DNA of 64,000 bases from a virus, in the IMG/VR virus record IMGVR_UViG_3300022752_005671, positions 1 to 64,000 of that record; one strand, 5' to 3'. The notes under the pieces are model-generated. The model searched no databases, was not told the DNA's origin, and worked only from the letters and a program-made list of their open reading frames with translations. Shown one piece after another: positions 8,458 through 17,652 of this stretch; the first letter of the stretch is position 1, and every line of letters begins with the position of its first letter. The position numbers and the translations under genes are program-made.

Positions 8458-9222
8458 CTATTTTGGAAGTAGTCTGACGTTGTCTTCTTTTTTCTCTTCA
8501 AGCAATGATTTTAGATCTTCTTCAACAAGATCTGCATGATTTTTTGCGCTAGCTCTAATCCCCCAAAAAGCAACATTGGATTGATATATTTCTTGGTAAG
8601 CTACAGATGGTCGTATTAGAAACCCTCTTCCAGACTTAAATTCTTCATATAGCATGGTGTCAACTGGCATTATGCAGCATGAAAAGATTGATAATAGTCT
8701 TGCAGCGTGGACAGGATTGACTAGGTAAGCATGGGCTCCATAAGGAACCCAATCAATTTTGTTATATAACTTGTAAGATTCATGTTCTAATTTTGGTCGT
8801 TCTTTACTATATGAGCCCAAAGAAATGATGCTCCAATCGGAAGGAGCGTTTAATAAAGCCCACATAACCGCAAGTCTTGGGTTGAAAAGAAACCTGCAAT
8901 CGTCTTCAATGATTAACCACGCTTTACAATTCATGTATTGTTTATTACTGGTTAACATCATGTATCTGATTGCTGCTGCATGAGAAAGAGAACATGATAT
9001 CTCTGCGGTTGACATGCTCGTCGCGGGTAAAGAGATGTTCTCTACTGCATGAAGTTTTACGTGATGTATGTTCCACGCAGATAAATGTGTGATTAAATCT
9101 TCATATCGAGCTTGATCTTTTTCAAGATTGATGATAACCGCCGGCGGGACTAGAAAGTTTCCCTCGCGCAGAGGAGAAGTAGCCTCGAGCATATTACGCT
9201 CTAAATTTTTTAATTCTGACAT
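8458..9222 (-). CDS. Glycosyltransferase family 25 protein
   Basis: VIINLEKDQARY, EISCSLSH, LIIEDD, GAHAYLVN, PVDTML. Confidence 0.8.
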   Translation of the reverse strand: MSELKNLERNMLEATSPLREGNFLVPPAVIINLEKDQARYEDLITHLSAWNIHHVKLHAVENISLPATSMSTAEISCSLSHAAAIRYMMLTSNKQYMNCKAWLIIEDDCRFLFNPRLAVMWALLNAPSDWSIISLGSYSKERPKLEHESYKLYNKIDWVPYGAHAYLVNPVHAARLLSIFSCCIMPVDTMLYEEFKSGRGFLIRPSVAYQEIYQSNVAFWGIRASAKNHADLVEEDLKSLLEEKKEDNVRLLPK

Positions 9223-9276
9223 GTCTTTGTTGAATATACGTTTCGATTAAAATATTGTTAATTTTCATTTGTTCTT

Positions 9277-9309
9277 AGTGCAAGTTTGTCATTGCTTGTG
9301 GTAGATTAT
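9277..9309 (+). promoter_or_regulatory. Candidate promoter of a leaderless DNA ligase transcript
   Basis: AGTGCAAGTTT...TG-G-TAGATTAT; GTGCAA-N18-TAGATT; ATG 6 nt after the box; no SD. Confidence 0.45.
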
Positions 9310-9313
9310 ATCC

Positions 9314-10648
9314 ATGCAAACAGTCATCGACATTTTGGAGAGGCTTGAGTCCGACAACTCTCGTTTGTTCAAGGAAGAACTTCTCGAATCGCAAGTTGAC
9401 AACGGTCTTCTTAAGAGAGTTTTTGTCGCCGTAGGAGATCCGTACCTTAACTTCTACGTGAACAAATTCAAGATGCCTTCCGCGGAAGGCATGGGTCACG
9501 ATGACATGGTATTGCAACAATTCCTTGATGAAGTCTACGAAAATCTGCCGACGCGAAAGAAAACAGGCAACTCCGCTAAAGAATTCGTAGAATATCTTTT
9601 TAAGGGTATGACGCATCTGCAACAGAAGTGGTGTCAGCGAATCCTTCTCAAAAACCTTCGTTGCGGTGTACAGGCAACGACAGTCAACAAGATTTGGCCG
9701 GGAGCAATTACGGGATTTTCTGTTCAGCTCGCCGAATCTTTGAAAACTCATTATGAAAACGGAAGCGGAATCATCATAGATGATGATGTCAGCTATCCTA
9801 TCAGAATTGAACCAAAGCTCGATGGTCTAAGATGCGTTGCGGTGAAACACAACGGTGAAGTGACGATGTTCACGAGGAATGGCACTGTTCTAGAGACCTT
9901 ACCTCGGATCAAGTTGCTGCTCGAGTCGGCTCCTTGGGATAACTTCGTCCTCGATGGCGAAATCATGGGTGCAGACTGGAACGAGTCTGCGTCGGTCGTC
10001 ATGTCGCACAAGAAAAATAAGGATGATTCTAACATGATCTTTCACGTCTTCGATGCCATGTGTTTTGAAGACTGGCGTGACCAAGAGAATTTCCTTCCCT
10101 TGAAAGATCGAGTAGAACTTGTTCAAGAGTTGGTGTCTCAGGTTTCAAGTTCTTCCATTGTTCAAGTTCAAGGTAGAACTGTTAATGATCAGGAAGAGCT
10201 TCTTGCAATGTATCTTCGTGACACTGACGACGGGTATGAAGGTGTCATGATCAAGGATCTAGATGCTCATTATGTCTTTAAGAGGACTTCGAATATTCGG
10301 AAAATGAAACCAGTGGCGACATATGAAGGAGTTATCGTGGGTCATTATGAAGGGCGTCGAGGTTCGAAACGAGAGGGGTTATGGGGCGGGTTCGATGTTG
10401 TTCTACCAAATGGTGTGACGACCCGCGTTGGGAGCGGTTTCACAGACAAGCTGAAGGCAGAGATCAACTTGAATCCTGATTCATGGATCGGTAAGATTGT
10501 TGAAATGGAAGGCCAACCTGATCCGCTGACTGGTGATGGTCTGACGAAAGACGGAAAGGTTCGATTTCCTGTTTATATTCGTGAAAGAGATCCAAGAGAT
10601 GTTGACCTCCGTGTCGTCGAAAGTTTCGAAAAATTAAAGAACCAATGA
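9314..10648 (+). CDS. ATP-dependent DNA ligase (T4 gp30-like)
   Basis: EPKLDGLRC (motif I Lys), VLDGEI, FHVFDA, EGVMIK, KMKP, VGSGFTD, RFPVY. Confidence 0.95.
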   Translation: MQTVIDILERLESDNSRLFKEELLESQVDNGLLKRVFVAVGDPYLNFYVNKFKMPSAEGMGHDDMVLQQFLDEVYENLPTRKKTGNSAKEFVEYLFKGMTHLQQKWCQRILLKNLRCGVQATTVNKIWPGAITGFSVQLAESLKTHYENGSGIIIDDDVSYPIRIEPKLDGLRCVAVKHNGEVTMFTRNGTVLETLPRIKLLLESAPWDNFVLDGEIMGADWNESASVVMSHKKNKDDSNMIFHVFDAMCFEDWRDQENFLPLKDRVELVQELVSQVSSSSIVQVQGRTVNDQEELLAMYLRDTDDGYEGVMIKDLDAHYVFKRTSNIRKMKPVATYEGVIVGHYEGRRGSKREGLWGGFDVVLPNGVTTRVGSGFTDKLKAEINLNPDSWIGKIVEMEGQPDPLTGDGLTKDGKVRFPVYIRERDPRDVDLRVVESFEKLKNQ

Positions 10649-10752
10649 ATTGTAATATTTTGTAAATTTGCAGTACAAATTGCTTGATCATGTATATTTT
10701 ATGATCGAGTAATCTTAGTGATTACATTTGGTTACATTAACGGAGAAAAAAA

Positions 10753-10953
10753 ATGAAAAATTTTGCATTACTTTTAGTTGCCGCTTGTTTCGTTGCTGGA
10801 TGCCCTGGAAAAGATCCTGTCGCAGCTGACGCATCAGCTTCCGCCGTCGTGACAGCATCAGCAGCACCTTCAACTGTTCCATCAGCAGTAGAGACAGCTG
10901 CACCTGCAGTTTCAGCATCAGCAGCAGTTGAAGCAGCACCTGCAAAGAAGTGA
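10753..10953 (+). CDS. Small Ala/Ser-rich lipoprotein
   Basis: Signal peptide MKNFALLLVAACF with lipobox VAGC; low-complexity ASASA/APS tail; GGAG SD. Confidence 0.7.
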   Translation: MKNFALLLVAACFVAGCPGKDPVAADASASAVVTASAAPSTVPSAVETAAPAVSASAAVEAAPAKK

Positions 10954-10974
10954 AAACTAATTAATCACAAATTA

Positions 10975-11044
10975 GGTCCTGTGGTTTAAAGGAACACCTT
11001 GTGTATCAAGGAGGAATAAGCTTCGATGCTTATCAGGACCACCA
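10975..11044 (+). tRNA. Non-canonical 70-nt tRNA-like RNA with encoded CCA (central loop triplet GTA)
   Basis: GGTCCTG/CAGGACC acceptor stem plus A-CCA; D arm GTT/AAC with GG in the loop; anticodon stem CCTTG/CAAGG around a 5-nt loop TGTAT; variable AGGA; T arm ATAAG/CTTAT around CTTCGATG. Confidence 0.75.
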
Positions 11045-11060
11045 TGAAGAGATTTCAATA

Positions 11061-11306
11061 TTAAGATCTTACAATTTTACCATTCTCTTCTTCAATTACG
11101 TCGTTTTCATTCAATTTATATTTTAAGTAAATTCGTAACGTCGTGTTTTCAAGACTCAATTTTGCAATTTGAGTTTGAAGACTTAGCGTTTGAATTACGT
11201 TTTTTTGTGAAGTAATTACTTTCAAATCTTCTTTTGAAATGTATTCTTCAATTACATTTCTATTTAAAATAGAATTATCTTCATCGTTTTTTTCTATTGG
11301 TTTCAT
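11061..11306 (-). CDS. Hypothetical coiled-coil protein
   Basis: 81-aa ORF at the end of the tail-fibre transcription unit. Confidence 0.5.
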   Translation of the reverse strand: MKPIEKNDEDNSILNRNVIEEYISKEDLKVITSQKNVIQTLSLQTQIAKLSLENTTLRIYLKYKLNENDVIEEENGKIVRS

Positions 11307-11360
11307 ACGATTTTAATCGTAATTTATTTTTTGTATTGTCAGTAGTAAATTTGTTAACTC

Positions 11361-14300
11361 TCAACAAACTATAAACTTTATCTTCAACGTTCCATTCAAC
11401 GCGTTCGTTGCGTGAGAATTATAAATTCTGATGTTGAATGAACCATTAGTAATAGAATCTACGTAAATTAAAGGGACTCCGTTCGTATCATATGTTCCGC
11501 TATAATCACCCATCGATGCAATTACAGCAGACGAAGATCTAACAGCACTGTTGGTTACAGTAAATGATGATGATGAACCTGCTGTAATTGTTGCAGATAC
11601 AGTCGTAATAACACCTGAAGTTGAGTTTATAGTAACTCCATTCGTAATGCCTGTTTGTTGCGTAATAGATGCTTGTCCGAGGTTAGCAGAGCTGCCTTGA
11701 GCTATCGTGAAGTTACCTGTGTTCAAGGAACCACTTATGAATACATCACCACCAAAGATAGACTTTTTAGCTGATGTTCCCGAAACTCCAATCGTTCCGC
11801 TGACATACATGCTGGTTTCATTTGGCAACGATGAGACGCCGATTACGACCGAAGACGTAGTGTAAGTATAATAATTTAGTGGACCAGTTGTCGTAGTTTG
11901 ATAAGTCACCAACACGAAACCATTACCGCCGCCTGCAACAAAATTGCTTCCAGTGCCGACTCCTGTCACGTAATATATGCTATTTGTTTGAGCAGGCAAA
12001 GTAGGAGAACCGCTCAATCCGTCAGATCCTGTTTGTAAAGATCCACCAGAGACTTTAGAAGGATGATAATAACCTGAACCTCCACCGCCTCCTGAACCGT
12101 CAGAAGCCCCTCCACCGCCGCCAAAGTATCCTGAGCCACCGCCTCCACCATCATTAGTGCCTGACGTTGTATTATCATCTTGTCCTGTTCCACCTGCATT
12201 ACCACCTGTTAATGCACTTCCTGCCCTGGGAGGAGATGTATCACCATTTCCGGCAGTTCCGCCGGCTAATTGAGTACCTCCTTGTCCTGGGTTACCGCCG
12301 TTACCTCCCGTGTTGCCAGTGGACCCCCCGCCGCCTCCGCCACCTTTATATCCTGTACCGCCGCCGCCGCCACCAGCGATTAATAACGCATTTACTTGTT
12401 GAGGAGTGCTACTACCGCTAAAAATGCCTGAATAACCGCCACCACCACCACCTGATGCATCTCCGCGAGTTCCAAATCCTGCATTTGGCCATCCTCCCAG
12501 ACCACCGTTACCTGCAGTTGATGCGGCATCGCTTCCGCCTCCACCGACAACGATATACAAAGTATCACCTGGTGTGACAGATATTGAACCAGATGCAAAA
12601 CCGCCTGCACCACCTCTGAAACTAGAATACCCACCCGTTCCGCCGCCGGCGGCCCAAACGTATGCATTTACGCTAGTAACGCCAGCTGGTACTGTGAAGC
12701 TTTGTACTGTTCCACTGATATAAGAGAAAGATGTAGAAGCAGCAGTTATAATGTCTGAGCCTTGGCTGCTTGATAGAGTCCAACCCGTGTTAACTGTCGC
12801 TCCACCTGATGCCGTAGAAGAAATTGTCACAGCCCCATTCGACGCGGAGGTAATTGTTACGTTCGATCCAGCAATGAGGTATGAAGTTCCATCAGTTAGT
12901 CGAGTAAGAGAACCTGACAGTCCATTCAACGCATGAATGGTACCTGATGCTATTAAGTCACCACCGAAGGTAGAAACTTTTCCTGTTGCAGTTCCTTTAT
13001 CACCTATAGTACCTGAAACATAGAAGCTAGTATCTGCTCCGACGTTTACATTAAAGAAAGAAGAACCAATTCTTACACCGGACGGCGACAACAATCTAAC
13101 GAGGTTATTCTCATTGATATCAATACCCCCACCATTTGCAGATATGTTTAAGAATGTCTTTGCATCGAGGTAAGTGACAACGCCCGGGATTGATGCAACT
13201 TCAAGTCCGTTATTTCCAACCTTTAATGTGCCTGAAACTACGAGGTTTCCACCGAAGACCGAGTCATTGATACCGGTTGCTCCTAGGCTACCCCTAGAAC
13301 CTGAAACAAAGAAGAAAACGTTTGAGCCCACGTCGGTCGGGGCATCAATGCTGTTGTCTGTTCCTCTGAAGGCAGCTGATCCTGTAGTAAAAATTGCACC
13401 ATTGGTTGTGCTATCAAAGAAGTCGTCAATAGCGGATATATTTGCGCTAATCGTAACAGCCCCGTTTGATGCAGAAGTTATTGCAACGTTGTTACCAGCG
13501 ATGAGGTAAGAAGTTCCGTCAGTCAGCTTGGTGAGAGATCCACTCAGGCCGGCACTATGCTTAGTGACACCGGTAAACATCGTACCGCTGACGGTAGCAA
13601 CAACAGAGTCATTAATGTTGAGTGTTACGTCACCTGATGTTCCCCCACCTGACAAACCAGTTCCAGCAGTGACGGCGGTGATGTCGCCTGCTCCGCCGGC
13701 AGCTAATAAATCGGTTCCTACACCGGCAGAACATGCTGTTAAATCGATGTACGCTCCTCTGGCCGTTCCACCTTGCTCAAAGATTCGAAGTTTATTTCGA
13801 TAGGAGTCAATTGTGATACCAACGCCAACAAGCGTTGTGTTCGTTACTGCTTTTGCTAATAATATTTCGCCGCCTTCATCACCTGAAGAGTTGTCGGACC
13901 TAAGTTTGCTGCCTGCTGCAATATCTACCCCTGCCGCAGTGGAAACTTCTCCTGTGAATCTAGAACCGCTGATTGTAGCGACAACAGAATCATTAATTGA
14001 TAATGTAACGTCTCCCGAAGAACCCCCTCCGGTCAAGCCAGTGCCAGCTGTAACTGAAGTTATATCGCCAGCTTGACCGCTGATCGTCACCGCGCCATTG
14101 GATGCGGATGTTATCGTTATGTTGCTTCCCGCTATCAGATACGAAGTTCCGTCAGTTAACTTGGTAAGCGAACCGCTTAATCCTGCATTATGTTTAGTTA
14201 TTCCAGTAAACGTTGTCCCACTAACTGTTGCAACGACTCCATCATTGATTGCTAAAGTTACAGCCCCTGATGTTCCTCCACCGGTTAATCCTGTTCCAGC

Positions 14301-16070
14301 AGTGACAGATGTTATGTCTCCAACTGTTCCATCATTAGTAATTGTGATAGCACCGGATGAACCTGTTACGATAGAGATACCACTTCCTGCGATGAGGTAT
14401 GAAGTTCCGTCGGATAGCTTTGTATGAGAACCTGAAAGCCCTTGAGAGAACTTGGTCTGCCCAGAAACCGTATTTGTTCCAGATGAGTTACCGATGTTTA
14501 ATGCCGTTGATGCTCCACCTGCAAAATTCACAGTCGTTGCACCGGTGTTAAAAAGAGTAGCAGAAGCACCTGATGTTGAAACTAACCCGCTATCTCCTAT
14601 TGAAACATCGCCTATCGTAAGGATGTTTGTAGTTTTGTTGTATGTAAATTCTGCATCACCACCAAAGGTCGATCCACCATCGTTAAACTGAACGTACGTG
14701 TCTAAGCCTCCCGGAGTTGTGGTGCCTGCGCCGCCACCGCCACCAGCACTAACGATGTTACGAAATAAACCGCCTTGAACAAATCTTGCTTGTGCTGTGT
14801 TTGAAAGATCAGTGGCATTTCCTTTTACAGCAACAACTCCGACGAATATTGCTGAAGTCCTTGTGTTGTCTCCTTCAGTAAACGTCTCTGATGATATCCC
14901 AGTTTCTGCAGCATCTAAGGTATTATATGTTTGATTTCCATAATATACGTAAAGTGCTCTATCAACAGAATTAGGGAACCAGTAGACCCTTTGGTTAGTA
15001 TATTGTCCTGCAGCAACAGCTGCTAGAGTGCCGTTGTTATTATACTGTGATGGGTCTATGACAGTATATCCTGCACCGGCAACTCCGATGTCGATGCGGT
15101 ATGTCGAACCGCTGACATATTCTCTATAGATCTTTGATGTTGTTACAGCAGAATCAGACGTGGAAGAAACATAGTTTGGATCATCAGGATCCGTTCTGTA
15201 GTTTCTACCTTCGGCATATGAATCACCGGATGTCTTTGTCAGACCCAATGTCGATCCGCTGTGTGTCAGTGTGTGGCCGGAAATTTTTAAAGGACCGAAT
15301 GCCCTTATGAAGTGACCATACTGTTGGGAAACTCCATATGATGTGACTGGATTTGTTACCGCTGCGTTGGTGATAGAACCAGACTGATGCAGAATTCTTC
15401 CTATGGATAGGTAATCTAGATAATCTCCATTTGAAAAAGGAGTGGTTCTTTGTATCAATCCGCCCGAAGGATTGATTCCAATATATGTTATCTGCGAAGA
15501 TGTTACGTAAGTCAATGACTGACTGACATATGTCGGCCAATTAACGAATGCAACCGTTGGATATGGATCCGAGGTTGTCGTAGCGTTTTGAGACACAATC
15601 AGGCCAGAACCTGATGTTAGTGAGAATGTTGTCGATCCAGCGGCCGTAGATAAAACTCCACCGTGAAGAAGGCCAGTAGACAACGTGGATTCCAACCAAC
15701 GAAGACGTGTCGTGTTGGTGTAACCAGTTCCAGGTTCATACTGAGTAAAATACAAGTCGTTGGTAGAACCGGAGGTGTAGATGTATGAAGCAGAGACATC
15801 AGTAGGAATTCTAAGATTACCCACCGGTTTCATCTGGATGTAATCGGAAACTCCGAATGCACCGGAGATGAATGTATCTCCCTTAAGGATTATTGATGGG
15901 TTATTTGCTCCTGTAGAGGTATTGCTACCTGAGACGAAGAATGTTACCGTTGGGTTTGGAAAGTCAGGAAAGGAAGAACCAGGGTTGTTTGCGAATATTA
16001 CACTTCCGGTTATTCCTATCTTTGAAGAATTACTCGCAGACCCAGAAATATTATTTGCAATTAACGCCAT
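11361..16070 (-). CDS. Long modular tail fibre / receptor-binding protein with glycine-rich domain
   Basis: 1569 aa, G/S/T-rich; 4x GLSGSLTKLTDGTSYLIAG module, 3x GDITxVTAGTGLxGGG module, 4x FxVSG...FGGD module; late Gly-rich domain (FTVPAGVTSV...VTPGDTLYIVVGGGG...GGGGGSGY). Confidence 0.8.
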   Translation of the reverse strand: MALIANNISGSASNSSKIGITGSVIFANNPGSSFPDFPNPTVTFFVSGSNTSTGANNPSIILKGDTFISGAFGVSDYIQMKPVGNLRIPTDVSASYIYTSGSTNDLYFTQYEPGTGYTNTTRLRWLESTLSTGLLHGGVLSTAAGSTTFSLTSGSGLIVSQNATTTSDPYPTVAFVNWPTYVSQSLTYVTSSQITYIGINPSGGLIQRTTPFSNGDYLDYLSIGRILHQSGSITNAAVTNPVTSYGVSQQYGHFIRAFGPLKISGHTLTHSGSTLGLTKTSGDSYAEGRNYRTDPDDPNYVSSTSDSAVTTSKIYREYVSGSTYRIDIGVAGAGYTVIDPSQYNNNGTLAAVAAGQYTNQRVYWFPNSVDRALYVYYGNQTYNTLDAAETGISSETFTEGDNTRTSAIFVGVVAVKGNATDLSNTAQARFVQGGLFRNIVSAGGGGGAGTTTPGGLDTYVQFNDGGSTFGGDAEFTYNKTTNILTIGDVSIGDSGLVSTSGASATLFNTGATTVNFAGGASTALNIGNSSGTNTVSGQTKFSQGLSGSHTKLSDGTSYLIAGSGISIVTGSSGAITITNDGTVGDITSVTAGTGLTGGGTSGAVTLAINDGVVATVSGTTFTGITKHNAGLSGSLTKLTDGTSYLIAGSNITITSASNGAVTISGQAGDITSVTAGTGLTGGGSSGDVTLSINDSVVATISGSRFTGEVSTAAGVDIAAGSKLRSDNSSGDEGGEILLAKAVTNTTLVGVGITIDSYRNKLRIFEQGGTARGAYIDLTACSAGVGTDLLAAGGAGDITAVTAGTGLSGGGTSGDVTLNINDSVVATVSGTMFTGVTKHSAGLSGSLTKLTDGTSYLIAGNNVAITSASNGAVTISANISAIDDFFDSTTNGAIFTTGSAAFRGTDNSIDAPTDVGSNVFFFVSGSRGSLGATGINDSVFGGNLVVSGTLKVGNNGLEVASIPGVVTYLDAKTFLNISANGGGIDINENNLVRLLSPSGVRIGSSFFNVNVGADTSFYVSGTIGDKGTATGKVSTFGGDLIASGTIHALNGLSGSLTRLTDGTSYLIAGSNVTITSASNGAVTISSTASGGATVNTGWTLSSSQGSDIITAASTSFSYISGTVQSFTVPAGVTSVNAYVWAAGGGTGGYSSFRGGAGGFASGSISVTPGDTLYIVVGGGGSDAASTAGNGGLGGWPNAGFGTRGDASGGGGGGYSGIFSGSSTPQQVNALLIAGGGGGGTGYKGGGGGGGSTGNTGGNGGNPGQGGTQLAGGTAGNGDTSPPRAGSALTGGNAGGTGQDDNTTSGTNDGGGGGSGYFGGGGGASDGSGGGGGSGYYHPSKVSGGSLQTGSDGLSGSPTLPAQTNSIYYVTGVGTGSNFVAGGGNGFVLVTYQTTTTGPLNYYTYTTSSVVIGVSSLPNETSMYVSGTIGVSGTSAKKSIFGGDVFISGSLNTGNFTIAQGSSANLGQASITQQTGITNGVTINSTSGVITTVSATITAGSSSSFTVTNSAVRSSSAVIASMGDYSGTYDTNGVPLIYVDSITNGSFNIRIYNSHATNALNGTLKIKFIVC

Positions 16071-16110
16071 GGTTCTTCCTTCCTGTTTCTTTTGATTTAA
16101 ATAACTGTCA

Positions 16111-17607
16111 TCAGAACTTTAGAGTTGGTGATTCATCAAGTTCTGGCACTGCTTCGAGAAGGAACTTATAACGTTTACCTGTTTTATTGAATCGAATCGT
16201 TAACATGTCCTCTTCTTCAATCAAGGTATAGTCACCGCGGTCGTTTTTGAGATGTAAGTCGCCTGTATATACGTTAGCCCAACGTTGAGTTGCTGAACCT
16301 AGATCTACTGAGTTATCAACAAGCGGAAGAACGCTGGTATCAACTCTTGCAGTAAAAGACACTGTGTCCGTAGTTGCGTTTCCAAGATCAACGTCTCCGT
16401 TGAAAGTAGCAGTGCTGCTAACGCCCAACGTTGTGGTTTGAGTTCCGCCGTTTAAGAGTGCTGATCCAGCTATCGTGAGGGTCGATGAACCTGTGATGCT
16501 TTGTGTGACGTTTAGCGTACCTGTTGTAGAAACGTTGCCAGTCGTATCGGCGACCTGGAATACACCTGAATCAGCAATTATTCCACCATTGAGAAGTGCT
16601 GCACCGGCGATGGTAAGAGTTGATGAACCTGTGATGCTTTGTAATACTTGCAAAGTACCGATTGTCAAAATGTTACCAGTTGCATCTGCAACTGTGAATG
16701 CGTTAGTATCAACAGCTATGCCGCCATTTGCATTCAATAAACCTGCAACCGTTAAAGCGTCTGTAGTTTTATTATATGTTAAACCTGAGTCGCCTCCGAA
16801 AGTTGAACCTCCATCATTAAATTGAACTTGAGTGTCTGTTCCTCCTGGAGTTCCGCTGCCGCTAGTTGACGATATTGTAATTGCACCATTTGAAGCTGAT
16901 GTGATGGTGACGTTGCTTCCAGCGATAAGATAAGAAGTTCCATCCATTAATTTTGTTAAAGAACCTGAGAAACCCAAGCTTGCTGAAACTATGTTACCTT
17001 GAATGTTATTTGCATGCAAATTAGAATAGTTTGAAATTGTCAAGCTTCCCGTTGCGCTTGAAGTCGTTGTGGCGAACGCAAACTCAGAGTTTGTGTTGTC
17101 CCATTTTGACATGACATTAACTCCGCCAGTTGCAAGACCACCAATCCACCCACGATCGCCATTGGTTTGTTGAATGGTACCTGAAGCGAAGCCTAGCCCG
17201 ATGACAGAATCTTTAACTTCAAGATTTGTAGTGTTGACGGTCGTCATTGCACCATTGACTGTAACGTCACCAGTAACAGTTAGATTACCTCCAACTGTTG
17301 CATTTCCTGTCACACCGACTGATGCTAATGTCGTGGCTCCTTGAACGCCTAATGTACCCCCGACGGTTGTATTACCTGATGCGGCGGTAACTGAGAATGT
17401 TGGGGTCCCGGTTGCACCTTTAACTGTTACGCTTCCTGAAGATACAAGCGTAGATTTAAAAAGGCTCGCTTCATCAACTAAAAAGTTAATCCCAGAATCT
17501 AAAGATGGGAATGTTGCCGCAGGTTTTGAAGCGATAACGACAGAACCTGTGATGCCTATTGCAGAATTTGATAATGCACTACCTGATATGTGTCCAACTA
17601 AAGCCAT
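16111..17607 (-). CDS. Tail fibre-like protein
   Basis: 498 aa; N-terminus paralogous to the 1569-aa protein (MALxxxISGS...IGITGSV); VQFNDGGSTFGGD module; C-terminal RWANVYTGDLHL domain. Confidence 0.75.
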   Translation of the reverse strand: MALVGHISGSALSNSAIGITGSVVIASKPAATFPSLDSGINFLVDEASLFKSTLVSSGSVTVKGATGTPTFSVTAASGNTTVGGTLGVQGATTLASVGVTGNATVGGNLTVTGDVTVNGAMTTVNTTNLEVKDSVIGLGFASGTIQQTNGDRGWIGGLATGGVNVMSKWDNTNSEFAFATTTSSATGSLTISNYSNLHANNIQGNIVSASLGFSGSLTKLMDGTSYLIAGSNVTITSASNGAITISSTSGSGTPGGTDTQVQFNDGGSTFGGDSGLTYNKTTDALTVAGLLNANGGIAVDTNAFTVADATGNILTIGTLQVLQSITGSSTLTIAGAALLNGGIIADSGVFQVADTTGNVSTTGTLNVTQSITGSSTLTIAGSALLNGGTQTTTLGVSSTATFNGDVDLGNATTDTVSFTARVDTSVLPLVDNSVDLGSATQRWANVYTGDLHLKNDRGDYTLIEEEDMLTIRFNKTGKRYKFLLEAVPELDESPTLKF

Positions 17608-17644
17608 GAATATTTACTCCCGTTATGGTTAATGTAAATATTCA
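17607..17644 (-). promoter_or_regulatory. 11-bp inverted repeat covering the translation start of the 498-aa fibre gene
   Basis: TGAATATTTAC (17607-17617) and GTAAATATTCA (17634-17644) are exact reverse complements; SD GGGAG and the A of ATG lie at or in the 3' arm on the mRNA. Confidence 0.5.
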
Positions 17645-17652
17645 ATAGAGAA

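Noticed and set aside
9314-10648. Intein or intron in the DNA ligase
   Set aside because: Normal length, with continuous ligase motifs.
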